A stretch of 59,148 nt of DNA, the filler included, from Candidatus Woesearchaeota archaeon (GTDB lineage: Archaea; Nanobdellota; Nanobdellia; Woesearchaeales; CG1-02-33-12), in the NCBI GenBank assembly GCA_018399355.1. It is 5 parts of 5 records of this genome, joined end to end, with 100 filler letters (N's around TTAATTAATTAA, not from the genome) between each part and the next. Parts side by side here need not be neighbours in the genome. Positions count along the whole stretch, not along the records: positions 32,121 to 59,148 come from JAGYOA010000009.1; 4 more parts are not named here. One strand, given 5' to 3'. The translations under genes and the position numbers were made by a program. Below the pieces are notes generated by a model, which was given only the letters and a program-made list of their open reading frames with translations, searched no databases and was not told the origin of the DNA. This document shows, piece by piece, positions 46,793 to 59,148 of the stretch (position 1 is its first letter; every line of letters starts with the position of its first letter).

Positions 46793-47401
46793 TTAACTAT
46801 ATTTTGGTTTAGATATATATTTATTAATTTCTTCAAGAATAATCTCTTTTTTCTTATCGCCTATTCCAGGCATTTTTTTAACATGATCATCAAGATAATC
46901 CTCATATCCTAAATTTTTTATAATGTTACTCATTGTTTTTAATTTATTAATACCCTTTTCATCTTTGTAATTTTCAGGAAGTTGCAAGATATAATCCAAC
47001 ATAAAATTAAATAAGCTATTTTTCAACTCTTCTTCATCTCTGCAACAGTCTTTTTCCAACATTGATCCTTCTGCTCTTTCCAAAATGTTCTCCAAAGGTT
47101 CTTTTTCTTTCTCAAATAATCCAGGATTATTTACTATCCTTTTTCTTATTATAAGGGAATTATTGCAATTTCCGTTGTTGTATCCCTTCTCAGGAGCATA
47201 TCCATTTTCAAAGCGAAATTTAAGTGGAAGTTCAAGTCCAAATATCTCACTTATTTTATAATTTTCAAGAATATCTTTAAACTTATTTTTTGGGATATAT
47301 TCGCATTTCCCTAACAGTTCTATTGGGTCTATTCCTTTCTTTTTTCTTTTTATTTGATATATTGTATAAACTCCTATTGGTTCCTCATCCATATTTACCA
47401 C
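46793..47401 (-). CDS. hypothetical protein with a C-terminal HhH-like motif
   Basis: KKMPGIGDKKKEII; otherwise unrecognised. Confidence 0.6.
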   Translation of the reverse strand: MVNMDEEPIGVYTIYQIKRKKKGIDPIELLGKCEYIPKNKFKDILENYKISEIFGLELPLKFRFENGYAPEKGYNNGNCNNSLIIRKRIVNNPGLFEKEKEPLENILERAEGSMLEKDCCRDEEELKNSLFNFMLDYILQLPENYKDEKGINKLKTMSNIIKNLGYEDYLDDHVKKMPGIGDKKKEIILEEINKYISKPKYS

Positions 47402-47459
47402 ATAAACACCCCTGCTTCTACTAAATGTTATAAAAAGGTTTTGGTTGTTGTTGTTTTAA

Positions 47460-48414
47460 TCTGTTATCCCGAAACTACTACACAAACCAAAACTACTACA
47501 TAAATTTTAGTTCATCCCATACTTCTTTAGGAGTTTTATAGCCTAAGCTCATATGCAATCTTTCTTTATTATAGTGTTTCATGAATTCTTGAATATTTTC
47601 AAATGACCCCCTTGCATATTCAGTCTTATATGTTAAGAAAAATCGTTCTACTTTACCATTAGTCTGTGGTCTATTGACTTTTGCTAGATAATGTTTTATC
47701 CCTAAAATATCCAATGCTATTCTGAACTGGGTATTAGATTGAAGTATGCTTCCTTTATTAGCATAATATTGAGAACCATGATCTGTCATCACACTTTTTG
47801 GCTTACCATAGTTAGCTATACCTGCTCTTAGCAGGGCTATTGTATTATCTGCTGAAGCTCTCTTAAATATTCCAAAGCTCGTTATTAAGCGCGTTCTGTC
47901 GTCTATGTAAACACTTAATTGTTTTCCTGTAAATGGGTCATAGCTCCAGTCTGTATGCCACATATCATTTGGGTTAGGTAATTCATAACGAACCCATTTT
48001 CTAGATTTTTGTTTCTTGACGTTTGGTTCTACAAGATTATTTCTTATCAGGAGTTTTTCTATTTGTCTATGAGAAATTCTAAAGCCTTTCTTCTTTAGAA
48101 TTTCTTCTATATGACATGCCCCATAACCAAATCGCTTTCTTAAGTCAAGAATGATTATCTCTGCATTCTTATTGAGTTGAGTTTCAGGTCGACCAGTTTT
48201 ATGATCTTTTAAATCATCCCATCCATACTTATTGTATTTATCTAATAATTGGTAAACACATCTACGATTTATTTTCTGCGCTAAGGCTAGTCTAGAAGCA
48301 GGAACTCCTTGCTTGTACTGTTTAACTATCCATACTCTTTTCTTGAAACTTAGTTTATACATTATAATCACCCAAGGTGATTATATATATGTGTAGTTAA
48401 AACGTGATAGCACA
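47460..48414 (-). mobile_element. IS481-family insertion sequence (ends approximate)
   Basis: Imperfect terminal inverted repeats TCTGTTATCCCGAAACTACTACAC vs reverse complement TGTGCTATCACGTTTTAACTACAC (16/24); subterminal AAACTACTACA twice; no clear target-site duplication. Confidence 0.75.
47496..48371 (-). CDS. IS481-family DDE transposase
   Basis: N-terminal HTH, RYELPNPNDMWHTD, IDDRTR, TDHGSQY, PQTNGKVERF, YNKERLHMSLGYKTP. Confidence 0.92.
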   Translation of the reverse strand: MIIMYKLSFKKRVWIVKQYKQGVPASRLALAQKINRRCVYQLLDKYNKYGWDDLKDHKTGRPETQLNKNAEIIILDLRKRFGYGACHIEEILKKKGFRISHRQIEKLLIRNNLVEPNVKKQKSRKWVRYELPNPNDMWHTDWSYDPFTGKQLSVYIDDRTRLITSFGIFKRASADNTIALLRAGIANYGKPKSVMTDHGSQYYANKGSILQSNTQFRIALDILGIKHYLAKVNRPQTNGKVERFFLTYKTEYARGSFENIQEFMKHYNKERLHMSLGYKTPKEVWDELKFM

Positions 48415-48485
48415 ATCCAAATTAATTTTCGTTAAGTTTATAAACAAATATATTTAACTTTATTAAGTTATTTAAGGGGGATAAA

Positions 48486-51229
<2,744 letters not shown>

Positions 51230-51278
51230 GTCATAATCAAAATAAATATATATGAGAGTAAATTTTCAAAAAATTAAA

Positions 51279-52964
51279 ATGGTAATAACATTAGGAATAA
51301 ATGACGGCCACAATGCAGGAGCTGCTCTTGTTAAAGATGGAGAGGTTATTGCAGCTGTGCAGGAAGAAAGGTTAAGGAATGTAAAGAACTTCAGCGGTGT
51401 TCCTGAGCTTGCAATAAAGGAAGTTTTCAAGATAGCAAAAATTAATCCTCAGGATATAAATGTCATTGCTATGGTGAGCTTAAACAGGGTTTATGCTCCA
51501 TTAAAGGAAATGCCTTTTAAAGTTAAGATGTTTATGAAGCTTTCTCCATTACTTCACGGAAAAAGATTCTGTGATGTTTATGTTAAATTTTTGCACAAAT
51601 TCAGACCAATGGAAAAACTAAACAAGATTTTTTCTTCGCTTAATATAAATGACAAGGAAATAACCTTTGTTGAGCATCATGTTGCTCATTCAGCATGCGC
51701 ATACTATTCTAAAACAAAAGACAAGGCGCTTGTTTTTACAATTGACGGCGCAGGAGATGGTCTTTCATCAACTGTAAATATTGGTGAAAATAATAAATTA
51801 AGAAGAATAGCTGCATCAAGCTATTATGACAGCTTAAGCAACAGTATGTACAGCGAGATAACTCGTTACCTTGGGATGAAACCATGGGAACATGAGTATA
51901 AAGTTATGGGTATGGCCCCTTATGGAAAATCAGAATACTGCATCGATAAGGTTAGAAAAATAGTAAGGATTAATCCCAGGAATCCTCTTGAATTCCAGAA
52001 TACTATTGGGGCCTGCGGTGTTTACATACAGAAAAAATTAATCCATATGCTTGCAGGACAGCGCTTTGATAATGTTTCTGCTGCATGCCAGGAGCATTTT
52101 GAGAATATGATGGAAAAATGGGTTAGGGCATCTATTAAAAAAACAGGGATACATGATGTTGCATTTGCAGGCGGCTCTGCCTTAAATGTTAAAGCCAATA
52201 AGGTTATAAGAGAGATGCCTGAGGTTGATTCTGCTTTCTTTTATCCTGCTGCAGATGATGGTGGAACACCTGTTGGTGCTGCATTAGAAGCTTATAATAG
52301 ATACTGCGAAGCAAACGGAATAAAGCCAAAAAGAAAAGAGATTAAGGATATTTACTATGGAATGGGATTTTCAAATGATGATGCAAAAGAATTATTAAAG
52401 AAAAAGGGATGGATGAAAAAAGCAAGCTTTATTGACAATATTGATGAAGAGGTTGGTGAATTAATTGCAAATGGTGAAACTGTTGCAAGATGCTCTGGAA
52501 GGGTTGAATGGGGCCCTCGTGCTTTAGGAAACAGAAGCATAATTGCTGACCCCCGTGATTTAAAGGTTATTTCAAAGGTTAATTTTGCAATTAAGCAGAG
52601 GGATTTCTGGATGCCTTTCGCAGCATCTATTTTAGAGAAAAGAATGGATGACTATCTTATTGATGCCAAGTTCGCACCTTATATGATAGAGGCCTTTGAC
52701 ACAACTGAAAAGGTTGATGATATAATTGCAGGAACGCATCCAAAAGACAAGACAGCAAGGCCCCAGATAGTCAATGAATGGAATCCTGGATATAAAAAGA
52801 TAATCGAGACCTTTGAGGCAAAGACAGGTGTTGGCTCTGTTCTTAACACTTCTTTTAATCTGCATGGCTATCCATTGATTGGAACGCCTGATGTGGCCAT
52901 AGATACTTTAGAGAACAGTGGATTGAAATGGCTGGCCCTTGGAAACTATTTGGTAAAGAAGTAA
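51279..52964 (+). CDS. O-carbamoyltransferase, NodU/CmcH family
   Basis: AAVQEERL, EHHVAHSACAYY, DGAGD, EYKVMGMAPYG, LNVKAN, EWGPRALGNRSI, TARPQ, LNTSFNLHGYP. Confidence 0.95.
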   Translation: MVITLGINDGHNAGAALVKDGEVIAAVQEERLRNVKNFSGVPELAIKEVFKIAKINPQDINVIAMVSLNRVYAPLKEMPFKVKMFMKLSPLLHGKRFCDVYVKFLHKFRPMEKLNKIFSSLNINDKEITFVEHHVAHSACAYYSKTKDKALVFTIDGAGDGLSSTVNIGENNKLRRIAASSYYDSLSNSMYSEITRYLGMKPWEHEYKVMGMAPYGKSEYCIDKVRKIVRINPRNPLEFQNTIGACGVYIQKKLIHMLAGQRFDNVSAACQEHFENMMEKWVRASIKKTGIHDVAFAGGSALNVKANKVIREMPEVDSAFFYPAADDGGTPVGAALEAYNRYCEANGIKPKRKEIKDIYYGMGFSNDDAKELLKKKGWMKKASFIDNIDEEVGELIANGETVARCSGRVEWGPRALGNRSIIADPRDLKVISKVNFAIKQRDFWMPFAASILEKRMDDYLIDAKFAPYMIEAFDTTEKVDDIIAGTHPKDKTARPQIVNEWNPGYKKIIETFEAKTGVGSVLNTSFNLHGYPLIGTPDVAIDTLENSGLKWLALGNYLVKK

Positions 52965-53056
52965 TAATATTTTTATTCTTAAAATATTATAAGCCTCTAG
53001 AAGATGATTATTCAATATCCATAAAATATTAAAACTAAAACTTTTTTTATATATCA

Positions 53057-53689
53057 ATGAAAGATTATAAAGACATAAGGGAAATGCATGGTGTAGGGCT
53101 TTTCAAGAAAGCCATGATAGGAATAGCAATGTTCTTTCCATTTTCTTTTTTAAAAAAAAGCGTTTATAGAATCCTCGGGGCAGATATTGGCAATAATGTT
53201 TACTTCGGGCCGCAGTCAATAATAATAAGCAACGATTACAGAAAGATAAAGATTGGAAATAATGTATTTTTCTCTTTAGGGGTTGCTATAACAGCAGAAG
53301 ATCTGGTTATAGGTGATGATACCCACATTGGCTATCAGGCCTTAATGACAGGAAAAAAGATTGATATAGGAAAAAAATGCAACATTAACAATCGTGCTTT
53401 TATTGAGGCATACTATGCCCCAATTATCATTGAGGATAATGTAACCATAGCCGGCTCTGCAATGATTTCCTCGCATGACGGCTCTTTTATGAACGTTTTA
53501 GGAAAAGAGATGATAGCAAAACAAATAACTTTAAAAAAACAATGCTTTATTGGAAACAATGCTGTTATATTGCCTGGAGTAACTATAAATGAAAAGGCCA
53601 TAGTAGGAGCAGGAGCTGTTGTGACAAAGGATGTTGATAAAAGAACAATCGTAGTTGGAGTTCCTGCAAAACCAATAAGGAAAATTTAA
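53057..53689 (+). CDS. hexapeptide-repeat (left-handed beta-helix) acyltransferase
   Basis: IGNNV repeats, IGNNAVILPGVTI, VGAGAVVTKDV, VGVPAKPI. Confidence 0.9.
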   Translation: MKDYKDIREMHGVGLFKKAMIGIAMFFPFSFLKKSVYRILGADIGNNVYFGPQSIIISNDYRKIKIGNNVFFSLGVAITAEDLVIGDDTHIGYQALMTGKKIDIGKKCNINNRAFIEAYYAPIIIEDNVTIAGSAMISSHDGSFMNVLGKEMIAKQITLKKQCFIGNNAVILPGVTINEKAIVGAGAVVTKDVDKRTIVVGVPAKPIRKI

Positions 53690-53692
53690 AAA

Positions 53693-54121
53693 ATGGCAGA
53701 AGAATTTCAAATTAAAAAAACAAAGAATAAAAAATATCTTGATGAAATCCTAAAGTTAAATGAGAATGCAAATAACTCTCAGGAAGGAGCTGATATTAAA
53801 GATATTTTATGCAGTAACAATAGTTATGTGTGGGCAGCTTTTGTTCATAATAATTTAATAGGCTATGCTGTTGCAAAAAGTAAAAGAAAAACATTGGAGT
53901 GCAATTGGATATATGTCAAGCCAGATTATAGGCGTAAAGGAATAGCCAGTGAGATAAAAAAACAGCAGGTTTTGTTTGCTAAGGATAAAGGGTTTAAGGA
54001 TCTTTATACTTATGTTGAAAACGAGAATTCATTAAAGGTCTGGGAAAAGCAAAAAAATCTTGGGTATAAGGTAGAAAAATCCGGGAATTTTGAAGGATAT
54101 GATGTTTGGATAAGGTTTTAG
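53693..54121 (+). CDS. GNAT N-acetyltransferase
   Basis: IYVKPDYRRKGIA. Confidence 0.85.
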   Translation: MAEEFQIKKTKNKKYLDEILKLNENANNSQEGADIKDILCSNNSYVWAAFVHNNLIGYAVAKSKRKTLECNWIYVKPDYRRKGIASEIKKQQVLFAKDKGFKDLYTYVENENSLKVWEKQKNLGYKVEKSGNFEGYDVWIRF

Positions 54122-54205
54122 TAATCAAATAAGCTTTTTCTACTGTTTTGTGAGAATTGTTTTGAAATCGCAATAATTATATATTAAATGATTAGTTGTT
54201 TATAT

Positions 54206-55336
54206 ATGAGAGTCATAAGAACTATTGAGTGTTTTTATCCGTATGTTACTGGGCCGGCCAATCAGGCCTTTAATATATCAAAAGGGCTTTATGAGAAAGA
54301 AATTGAATCGCCAATATTTACTTCTTTTTTTAATGCAGAGAATTCAAAACATGAAGAGTATTTTGATGATGTTTTTGTAAGAAGATTTAGGATAGAAAAA
54401 AAATTCATGAAATATGCAATCACTCCATCAATGAAAAAAGCTATTGAAAATGAAAAATTTGATGTTATCCACAGCCACAACTACCGCTCATATCAAAGTT
54501 CTTTGGCATTTGGAATAGCTAAAAGAATGAATAAGCCTTTTGTTGTTAATACTCATGGCACACTTTTAGCATATAAGAATTTTAACATGGGTTTTTTTTC
54601 AAGGCTGCCTTACTATGCATATGACTTGATTACTCTAAAAAAAGTTGTTAATAGGGCAGATATGGTTGTTGCTGCAACAAAGCAGGAGTATAATGAGGCT
54701 TTAGAGTTTGGAGTTAAAAAAGAAAACCTGAGAACTATCCCTGTTGGCATTAATGTTAAGGAATATGAGCCTGCTGAAAAGGATTCATCAATGCTAAACC
54801 TTTTGTTTGTGGGCAGGATATCAAGAAACAGGAATTTACAGCCAATAATAAAGGCAATGAAAATTTTAAAACATGAAAATGTAAAACTTACAGTTGTTGG
54901 GGGAGAGGCAAAAAGCTCAGAAACTTCTAAAGAAGGATATTTTGATGAGCTGAAGAAGCTTGCAAATGGATTAAATGTAGATTTTATAGGTCCAAAGTAC
55001 GGAAAAGAATTAAGAGATTATTATAAAAAATCAGATGTATTTATCTATACTTCACTTTATGAGAACTTCGGCCAGACAATACTTGAGGCTGGTGCTGCGG
55101 GCCTTCCAATAATCTCAACAAAAACAGGCGTTGCAAATGACATTGTTGAACACAAAAAAACAGGATTTATTGTGGGTGATGATGAGCCTAAGAAGATAGC
55201 AGATTATGTTATGGAGCTTTCAGACAAGTCAAAAAGAATTAGTTTCAGAAAAAGAATAAGGGAAAAAGTAAGAAAAGACTTTGACTGGGATAATATAATA
55301 AACAAATACATTGAGATCTACAAATCTGTTTCTTGA
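54206..55336 (+). CDS. glycosyltransferase family 4
   Basis: DVIHSH, IPVGI, LFVGRI, SLYENFGQTILEAGAAGLPII, FDWD. Confidence 0.93.
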   Translation: MRVIRTIECFYPYVTGPANQAFNISKGLYEKEIESPIFTSFFNAENSKHEEYFDDVFVRRFRIEKKFMKYAITPSMKKAIENEKFDVIHSHNYRSYQSSLAFGIAKRMNKPFVVNTHGTLLAYKNFNMGFFSRLPYYAYDLITLKKVVNRADMVVAATKQEYNEALEFGVKKENLRTIPVGINVKEYEPAEKDSSMLNLLFVGRISRNRNLQPIIKAMKILKHENVKLTVVGGEAKSSETSKEGYFDELKKLANGLNVDFIGPKYGKELRDYYKKSDVFIYTSLYENFGQTILEAGAAGLPIISTKTGVANDIVEHKKTGFIVGDDEPKKIADYVMELSDKSKRISFRKRIREKVRKDFDWDNIINKYIEIYKSVS

Positions 55337-56466
55337 TTTTTCAAGATGTTTTTTATTACCTTTATCATATAAGAAAAGCTGCATAATATATTAGTATAAG
55401 ACACGCTAGCCAATGGGCAATAGCAGTTCTTCTGCTTTATGTATTTTCTTACTTCATTTGCCTGTTTTGAGTGCCAGATTTTTTTAAAATTATAGTTAAA
55501 ATCTTTTAAATTTCCCATTGACTTTTCATATCCGAGAATACAGCATGGCCATACATCACCGTAAGTATTTATATGAACGCTTGCAATTCCTGCATAACAG
55601 GGAATAACCTGTTTTTTTTCTTTCATTGTTTTAACAACAAGTTCATAATAAACAAGCCGAAATGCTTGCGTGACCTTTACTAGTGATTTGCTTTTCTTCA
55701 TCTCTTTCATAGCTTCCTTGGAAAAAAAGTCTATTGCCTTCTTGTACTGCTCCCAGCTTGGTGTTATGCTCTTTCCTTTTGTAAAAAGCTCTGAGCGCTC
55801 CTCAGCTATCTCATTTATATAGATATTGGGATTTAATTTCTTTACATATTCTGAAATATCTTTTATTTTTTCAAGGTTAAATTTTGAAATTACTGTTGCT
55901 ATTCCAATATCAAAGTTAGGATAGTCTTCTTGAATTTCTTTTAGTCCATTGTATGTTTTAATAAAATTTTTGAAGTTTCCCTTGATTCCTCTTATTTTAT
56001 CATGGTTATTTTCAACTCCGTCAAAGCTTAGCTTTATGCTTAAAACAACATTATATTTTTTTATTTTTTCGAGAATTTTTTTTGTTTGCCTTATTATTAA
56101 GTCAGATTCAATTGCATTTGTCGGGATGCTGATAATTCTTGGAGTAAGATATTTGCATGCAAGCTCAACTATTTCTGGCAAGTCATTTCTTAAAAACGGC
56201 TCTCCTCCGCTAACATTAAAGAAATATATGTGACCCATGCTTTTGAATATTTTTTCTATTTCCCAAAGCTTAAGTTCTTTTTCTTTGAGTTTTGGCTTTT
56301 TTTCATAAAGCTGCCATATATTGCATGTTTTGCATCTTGACTGGCACATATTGGTTACAGAAAAAGTAAAATTATCAGGCAAAGGCGATTTTATTATTCC
56401 TAAAAAACTGAGTTTATACTTTATAACCTTTGGAAAAAGCTCTACAGCATAAGATAAAATATTCAT
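55318..56466 (-). CDS. radical SAM enzyme with a SPASM/twitch domain
   Basis: VTNMCQSRCKTC, SGGEPFLR, SFDG...HDKIRG, PCYAG...YGDVWPCC...MGNL...CYC. Confidence 0.92.
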   Translation of the reverse strand: MNILSYAVELFPKVIKYKLSFLGIIKSPLPDNFTFSVTNMCQSRCKTCNIWQLYEKKPKLKEKELKLWEIEKIFKSMGHIYFFNVSGGEPFLRNDLPEIVELACKYLTPRIISIPTNAIESDLIIRQTKKILEKIKKYNVVLSIKLSFDGVENNHDKIRGIKGNFKNFIKTYNGLKEIQEDYPNFDIGIATVISKFNLEKIKDISEYVKKLNPNIYINEIAEERSELFTKGKSITPSWEQYKKAIDFFSKEAMKEMKKSKSLVKVTQAFRLVYYELVVKTMKEKKQVIPCYAGIASVHINTYGDVWPCCILGYEKSMGNLKDFNYNFKKIWHSKQANEVRKYIKQKNCYCPLASVSYTNILCSFSYMIKVIKNILKNQETDL

Positions 56467-56514
56467 TTTCAGAATAACCAGTTATTTTTATTTAATAAGT
56501 TTTTGTTTAGCTTG

Positions 56515-57744
56515 CTAAAAAGCTATTATTCCTCCTGCAGATGTGATCATGTCTTTTTCAAATACAAACCTTCCTAATTCTGGGACATAGTTAAAATCAT
56601 CAATTACAACAGGGCTTAGTGTTTTTATAATCATTGTTCCAACTTCATTATTTTTCAGCTTGTCTTTTTCTTCATTTATTTCCTCTAATGTAGATGAGTT
56701 TATCTTTTTTTCAATCTTTTCAATCTTTGCTGAAACTTCCTGTGTTGATATCTTCATTGTTATAATCTCATTTATATTAAAATCCTGTTTTGACATCCAG
56801 AAAACATTTGCTTTTATAGTGCTTGTAACCTCTGGAAGATTGTCTGGATGGCATATTATATTTCCTCTTTCAATAAACAAAGGATCCTCTGTTGTTATGC
56901 CTATACTTTCCCCTGCCTCTGCATGAGTTGGATCCTGAAATAATTTTTCAACTGAATTAACCTTTGTTTTTGTTTTTTCAGGCAAAACAACTATTTCCTC
57001 TCCTTGTTTTATTGTGCCAGATTCAATCCTTCCTGCAATTATCCTTTTATCATCTACCTTGTAAACATCCTGAACAGGAAATCTTAATAATTTGTTTTTC
57101 TTTTTTTCAGGCAGACTGAATGAATCAAGGCAGTTAAGGAAAGTTTCCCCTTTGTACCAGTCCATTTTTTCTGATTTCTTTGCTATATTATCTCCATCTT
57201 TGGCAACTATGGGTATGATGTAAGAAGGCTCAACATTTATTTTTTTAAGGAATTCTGTTATTTCTTGTTTCACTTCATTGAATCTTTCTTGTTTGTAATC
57301 AACCAAATCCATTTTATTTATTAAAACTATCACTTTTTTCATTCCGAGCATTCCTAAAATATAAGCATGCCTTTTTGTCTGCTCTTTTACTCCTTCTTTT
57401 GCATCAATTATTAATATTGCGGCATCTGCCTGTGATGCTCCTGTTATCATGTTTTTTATGAACTCAACATGACCTGGCGCGTCAATAATCACATAATCCC
57501 TTTTTTCTGTCTTAAAAAAGATCTGGCAGGTATCTATTGTAATGCCCTGCTCTCTTTCTTCTTGTAAATGGTCAAGTATAAATCCGAATTCCATTTCCTT
57601 TCCGAGCATCTCGCATGTCTTTCTTACTTCCTCTATTTTATCAGGAGGAAGGCTGCCTGTATCATAAAGCAGTCTTCCGATTAGTGTTGATTTTCCATGA
57701 TCTACATGGCCCACAAAAACTATGTTCATATTTTCTTTTTCCAT
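56515..57744 (-). CDS. cysN: sulfate adenylyltransferase GTPase subunit
   Basis: [45 protein letters not shown]; adjacent to cysD; no CysC fusion. Confidence 0.88.
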   Translation of the reverse strand: MEKENMNIVFVGHVDHGKSTLIGRLLYDTGSLPPDKIEEVRKTCEMLGKEMEFGFILDHLQEEREQGITIDTCQIFFKTEKRDYVIIDAPGHVEFIKNMITGASQADAAILIIDAKEGVKEQTKRHAYILGMLGMKKVIVLINKMDLVDYKQERFNEVKQEITEFLKKINVEPSYIIPIVAKDGDNIAKKSEKMDWYKGETFLNCLDSFSLPEKKKNKLLRFPVQDVYKVDDKRIIAGRIESGTIKQGEEIVVLPEKTKTKVNSVEKLFQDPTHAEAGESIGITTEDPLFIERGNIICHPDNLPEVTSTIKANVFWMSKQDFNINEIITMKISTQEVSAKIEKIEKKINSSTLEEINEEKDKLKNNEVGTMIIKTLSPVVIDDFNYVPELGRFVFEKDMITSAGGIIAF

Positions 57745-57749
57745 TTAGT

Positions 57750-58547
57750 TCACATATATCCTAGGCTTCTAAGCTTCTGCATAGTATAAACTGATTCCTT
57801 GTCCTGGGCCCTTCCTGCCCTTTCTGATGTGTTTGTTGTCTTAAGCTCATGAATTATCTTATTAATGTCATCTGCATCTGATTCAATAGGACTGCAGCAG
57901 CACTCGCATCCTATGCTTCTATAACGTTTTTTGTTTTTCGCAAAATACAAGTCAATTATTGGAATATTTTCTCTTTTTATGTATTCCCAAATATCAACTT
58001 CCTTCCAGTGTAGTAAGGGATGGACTCTTATATGCTCTTCATCTGACTGCCTTGACTTGAACTGGTCCCAAAGCTCTGGTGGCTGGTCTTTGTAGTTCCA
58101 CTTAAATTCCTGGTTTCTTGGGGAGAAATATCGCTCTTTTGACCTTATTCCGTGCTCATCCCTTCTTATTCCCAATAATAATGCCCTGAATTTATGTTTG
58201 TTTATTGTCTGTTTTAATGCTTCAGTTTTTAGTGCATTGCAGCATGCTAGCTTGTTTTTTGGTCCTATTCCTGCTTTTATTGCTTCCTCATTTCTTCCAA
58301 CAATAAGGTTGAGATTCCATTCTTTTGAATAACTATCTCTCCATTCTGTCATTTTTTTGAACTTATATCCTGTGTCAATATGCACTACAGGAAACGGAAT
58401 TTTTCCAAAGAAAGCCTTTCTGCAAAGCCATAATAGTGTTGAAGAATCTTTTCCTATTGACCAAAGCATTGCAATGTCATGAAACTGCTTGTATGCTTCC
58501 CTTATTATGTAGATGCTCTTACTTTCAAGTTCGTCTAAATAGTCCAT
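57750..58547 (-). CDS. cysD: sulfate adenylyltransferase catalytic subunit
   Basis: LESKSIYIIREAY, WSIGKDS, HIDTGYKF, LKTEALK, RRDE, RSKERYFS, RVHPLL, RYRSIGC, SERAGRAQD. Confidence 0.95.
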   Translation of the reverse strand: MDYLDELESKSIYIIREAYKQFHDIAMLWSIGKDSSTLLWLCRKAFFGKIPFPVVHIDTGYKFKKMTEWRDSYSKEWNLNLIVGRNEEAIKAGIGPKNKLACCNALKTEALKQTINKHKFRALLLGIRRDEHGIRSKERYFSPRNQEFKWNYKDQPPELWDQFKSRQSDEEHIRVHPLLHWKEVDIWEYIKRENIPIIDLYFAKNKKRYRSIGCECCCSPIESDADDINKIIHELKTTNTSERAGRAQDKESVYTMQKLRSLGYM

Positions 58548-58548
58548 T

Positions 58549-58872
58549 TTAAAGATATCCCAGTGATTTCAGTTTTTTCTTGATGTTTTTTATGTCTTGT
58601 TTTGATGTTTCTGCATTTTCATAAAGAATGAGCCTCATGATAAAGGTTAAATATTCACTTACTGACCTGAAGTCTGTTTGTTTTATTTTTTCTTTTACAG
58701 TTTCAGATAGTTTTGTTGGGATTGATATGACTGTTTTATCTTTTTCAAGCTCTTCAAACACGGAAATCATGTCTGATAAAAGCCTCTGGTAAGATATGTC
58801 TCTTTTAGCGGCCAAAACCCTTAACTGCTTCCTGAGGCCCCCTGAAACCTGTATCGTAGTCCTATCTTCCAT
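58549..58872 (-). CDS. tandem ribbon-helix-helix (CopG-like) regulator with a KLKSLGYL tail
   Basis: RTTIQVS...SYQRLL, and TVISIPTKL...FRSVSEYLTFIMR. Confidence 0.78.
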   Translation of the reverse strand: MEDRTTIQVSGGLRKQLRVLAAKRDISYQRLLSDMISVFEELEKDKTVISIPTKLSETVKEKIKQTDFRSVSEYLTFIMRLILYENAETSKQDIKNIKKKLKSLGYL

Positions 58873-59148
58873 CCTACATATAATTATGTATCAATATATA
58901 AATCTTTTTGTTACAAACAAAAAATATATTTTATGGTTTTTTGGCCAAACCGAGGCCACAATATACCAAAAACCCGCAAACTATTAAAATAAAGTAAGTT
59001 TTCATATTTTTAATAGTGTATATGGGCATAAGAGTTATTTGCTTAGCTTAATATTATAAAAAGAGATTATATAATAAAAAAATAAAAGTGAATAGAATGA
59101 ATTTAGAAAAACTAATGTTAAGGTTTCCTAAACTAGCAAAGATAGCTA

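Noticed and set aside
56515..57744. Possible EF-1alpha or SelB
   Set aside because: Directly downstream of cysD, with CysN-like EQGITID and QTKRH motifs and C-terminus; best read as CysN

Overview
AT-rich archaeal DNA, most consistent with a DPANN archaeon such as Woesearchaeota. This is an inference from the fused PriS-PriL primase, Hef, translin, archaeal TrpRS/AsnRS/GatC, an archaeal SRP RNA, BRE/TATA promoters and several bacterial-type imports. The window is not one contiguous locus. It is five contigs joined by 100-nt artificial N/TTAATTAATTAA linkers: A 1-27324, B 27425-28915, C 29016-30492, D 30593-32020, E 32121-59148. Contig A holds the SRP RNA, a MacB-type ABC operon with a GbsR regulator, presenilin, trpS, a HerA-like ATPase, translin-gatC-gatA, a membrane-anchored wHTH regulator opposite two secreted coiled-coil proteins, an Na/Pi transporter and aspS-tgt-asnS. 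Contigs B and C are two overlapping, slightly different copies of a virus/plasmid-like array of tiny ORFs. Contig D is an internal fragment of a LamG surface or virion protein. Contig E holds a PRC-barrel protein, TraB, a pseudo-S2P, a eukaryote-like NT5C3, Hef, HtpX, primase, a frameshifted YhcG nuclease, Dus, an IS481 element and a glycan-decoration cluster (gmd, fcl, GT2, carbamoyltransferase, acyltransferases, GT4, radical SAM, cysND, RHH). The best leads are: the transmembrane one-component regulator locus with helically phased repeats; an SRP RNA without helix 6; the bacterial-type AspRS/TGT cluster; the Nod-factor-like decoration cluster and the C-terminal LxSLGY tail shared by CysD and its regulator; and the polymorphic virus-like contigs. 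All family calls come from motifs recognised by eye, and no database search was run.
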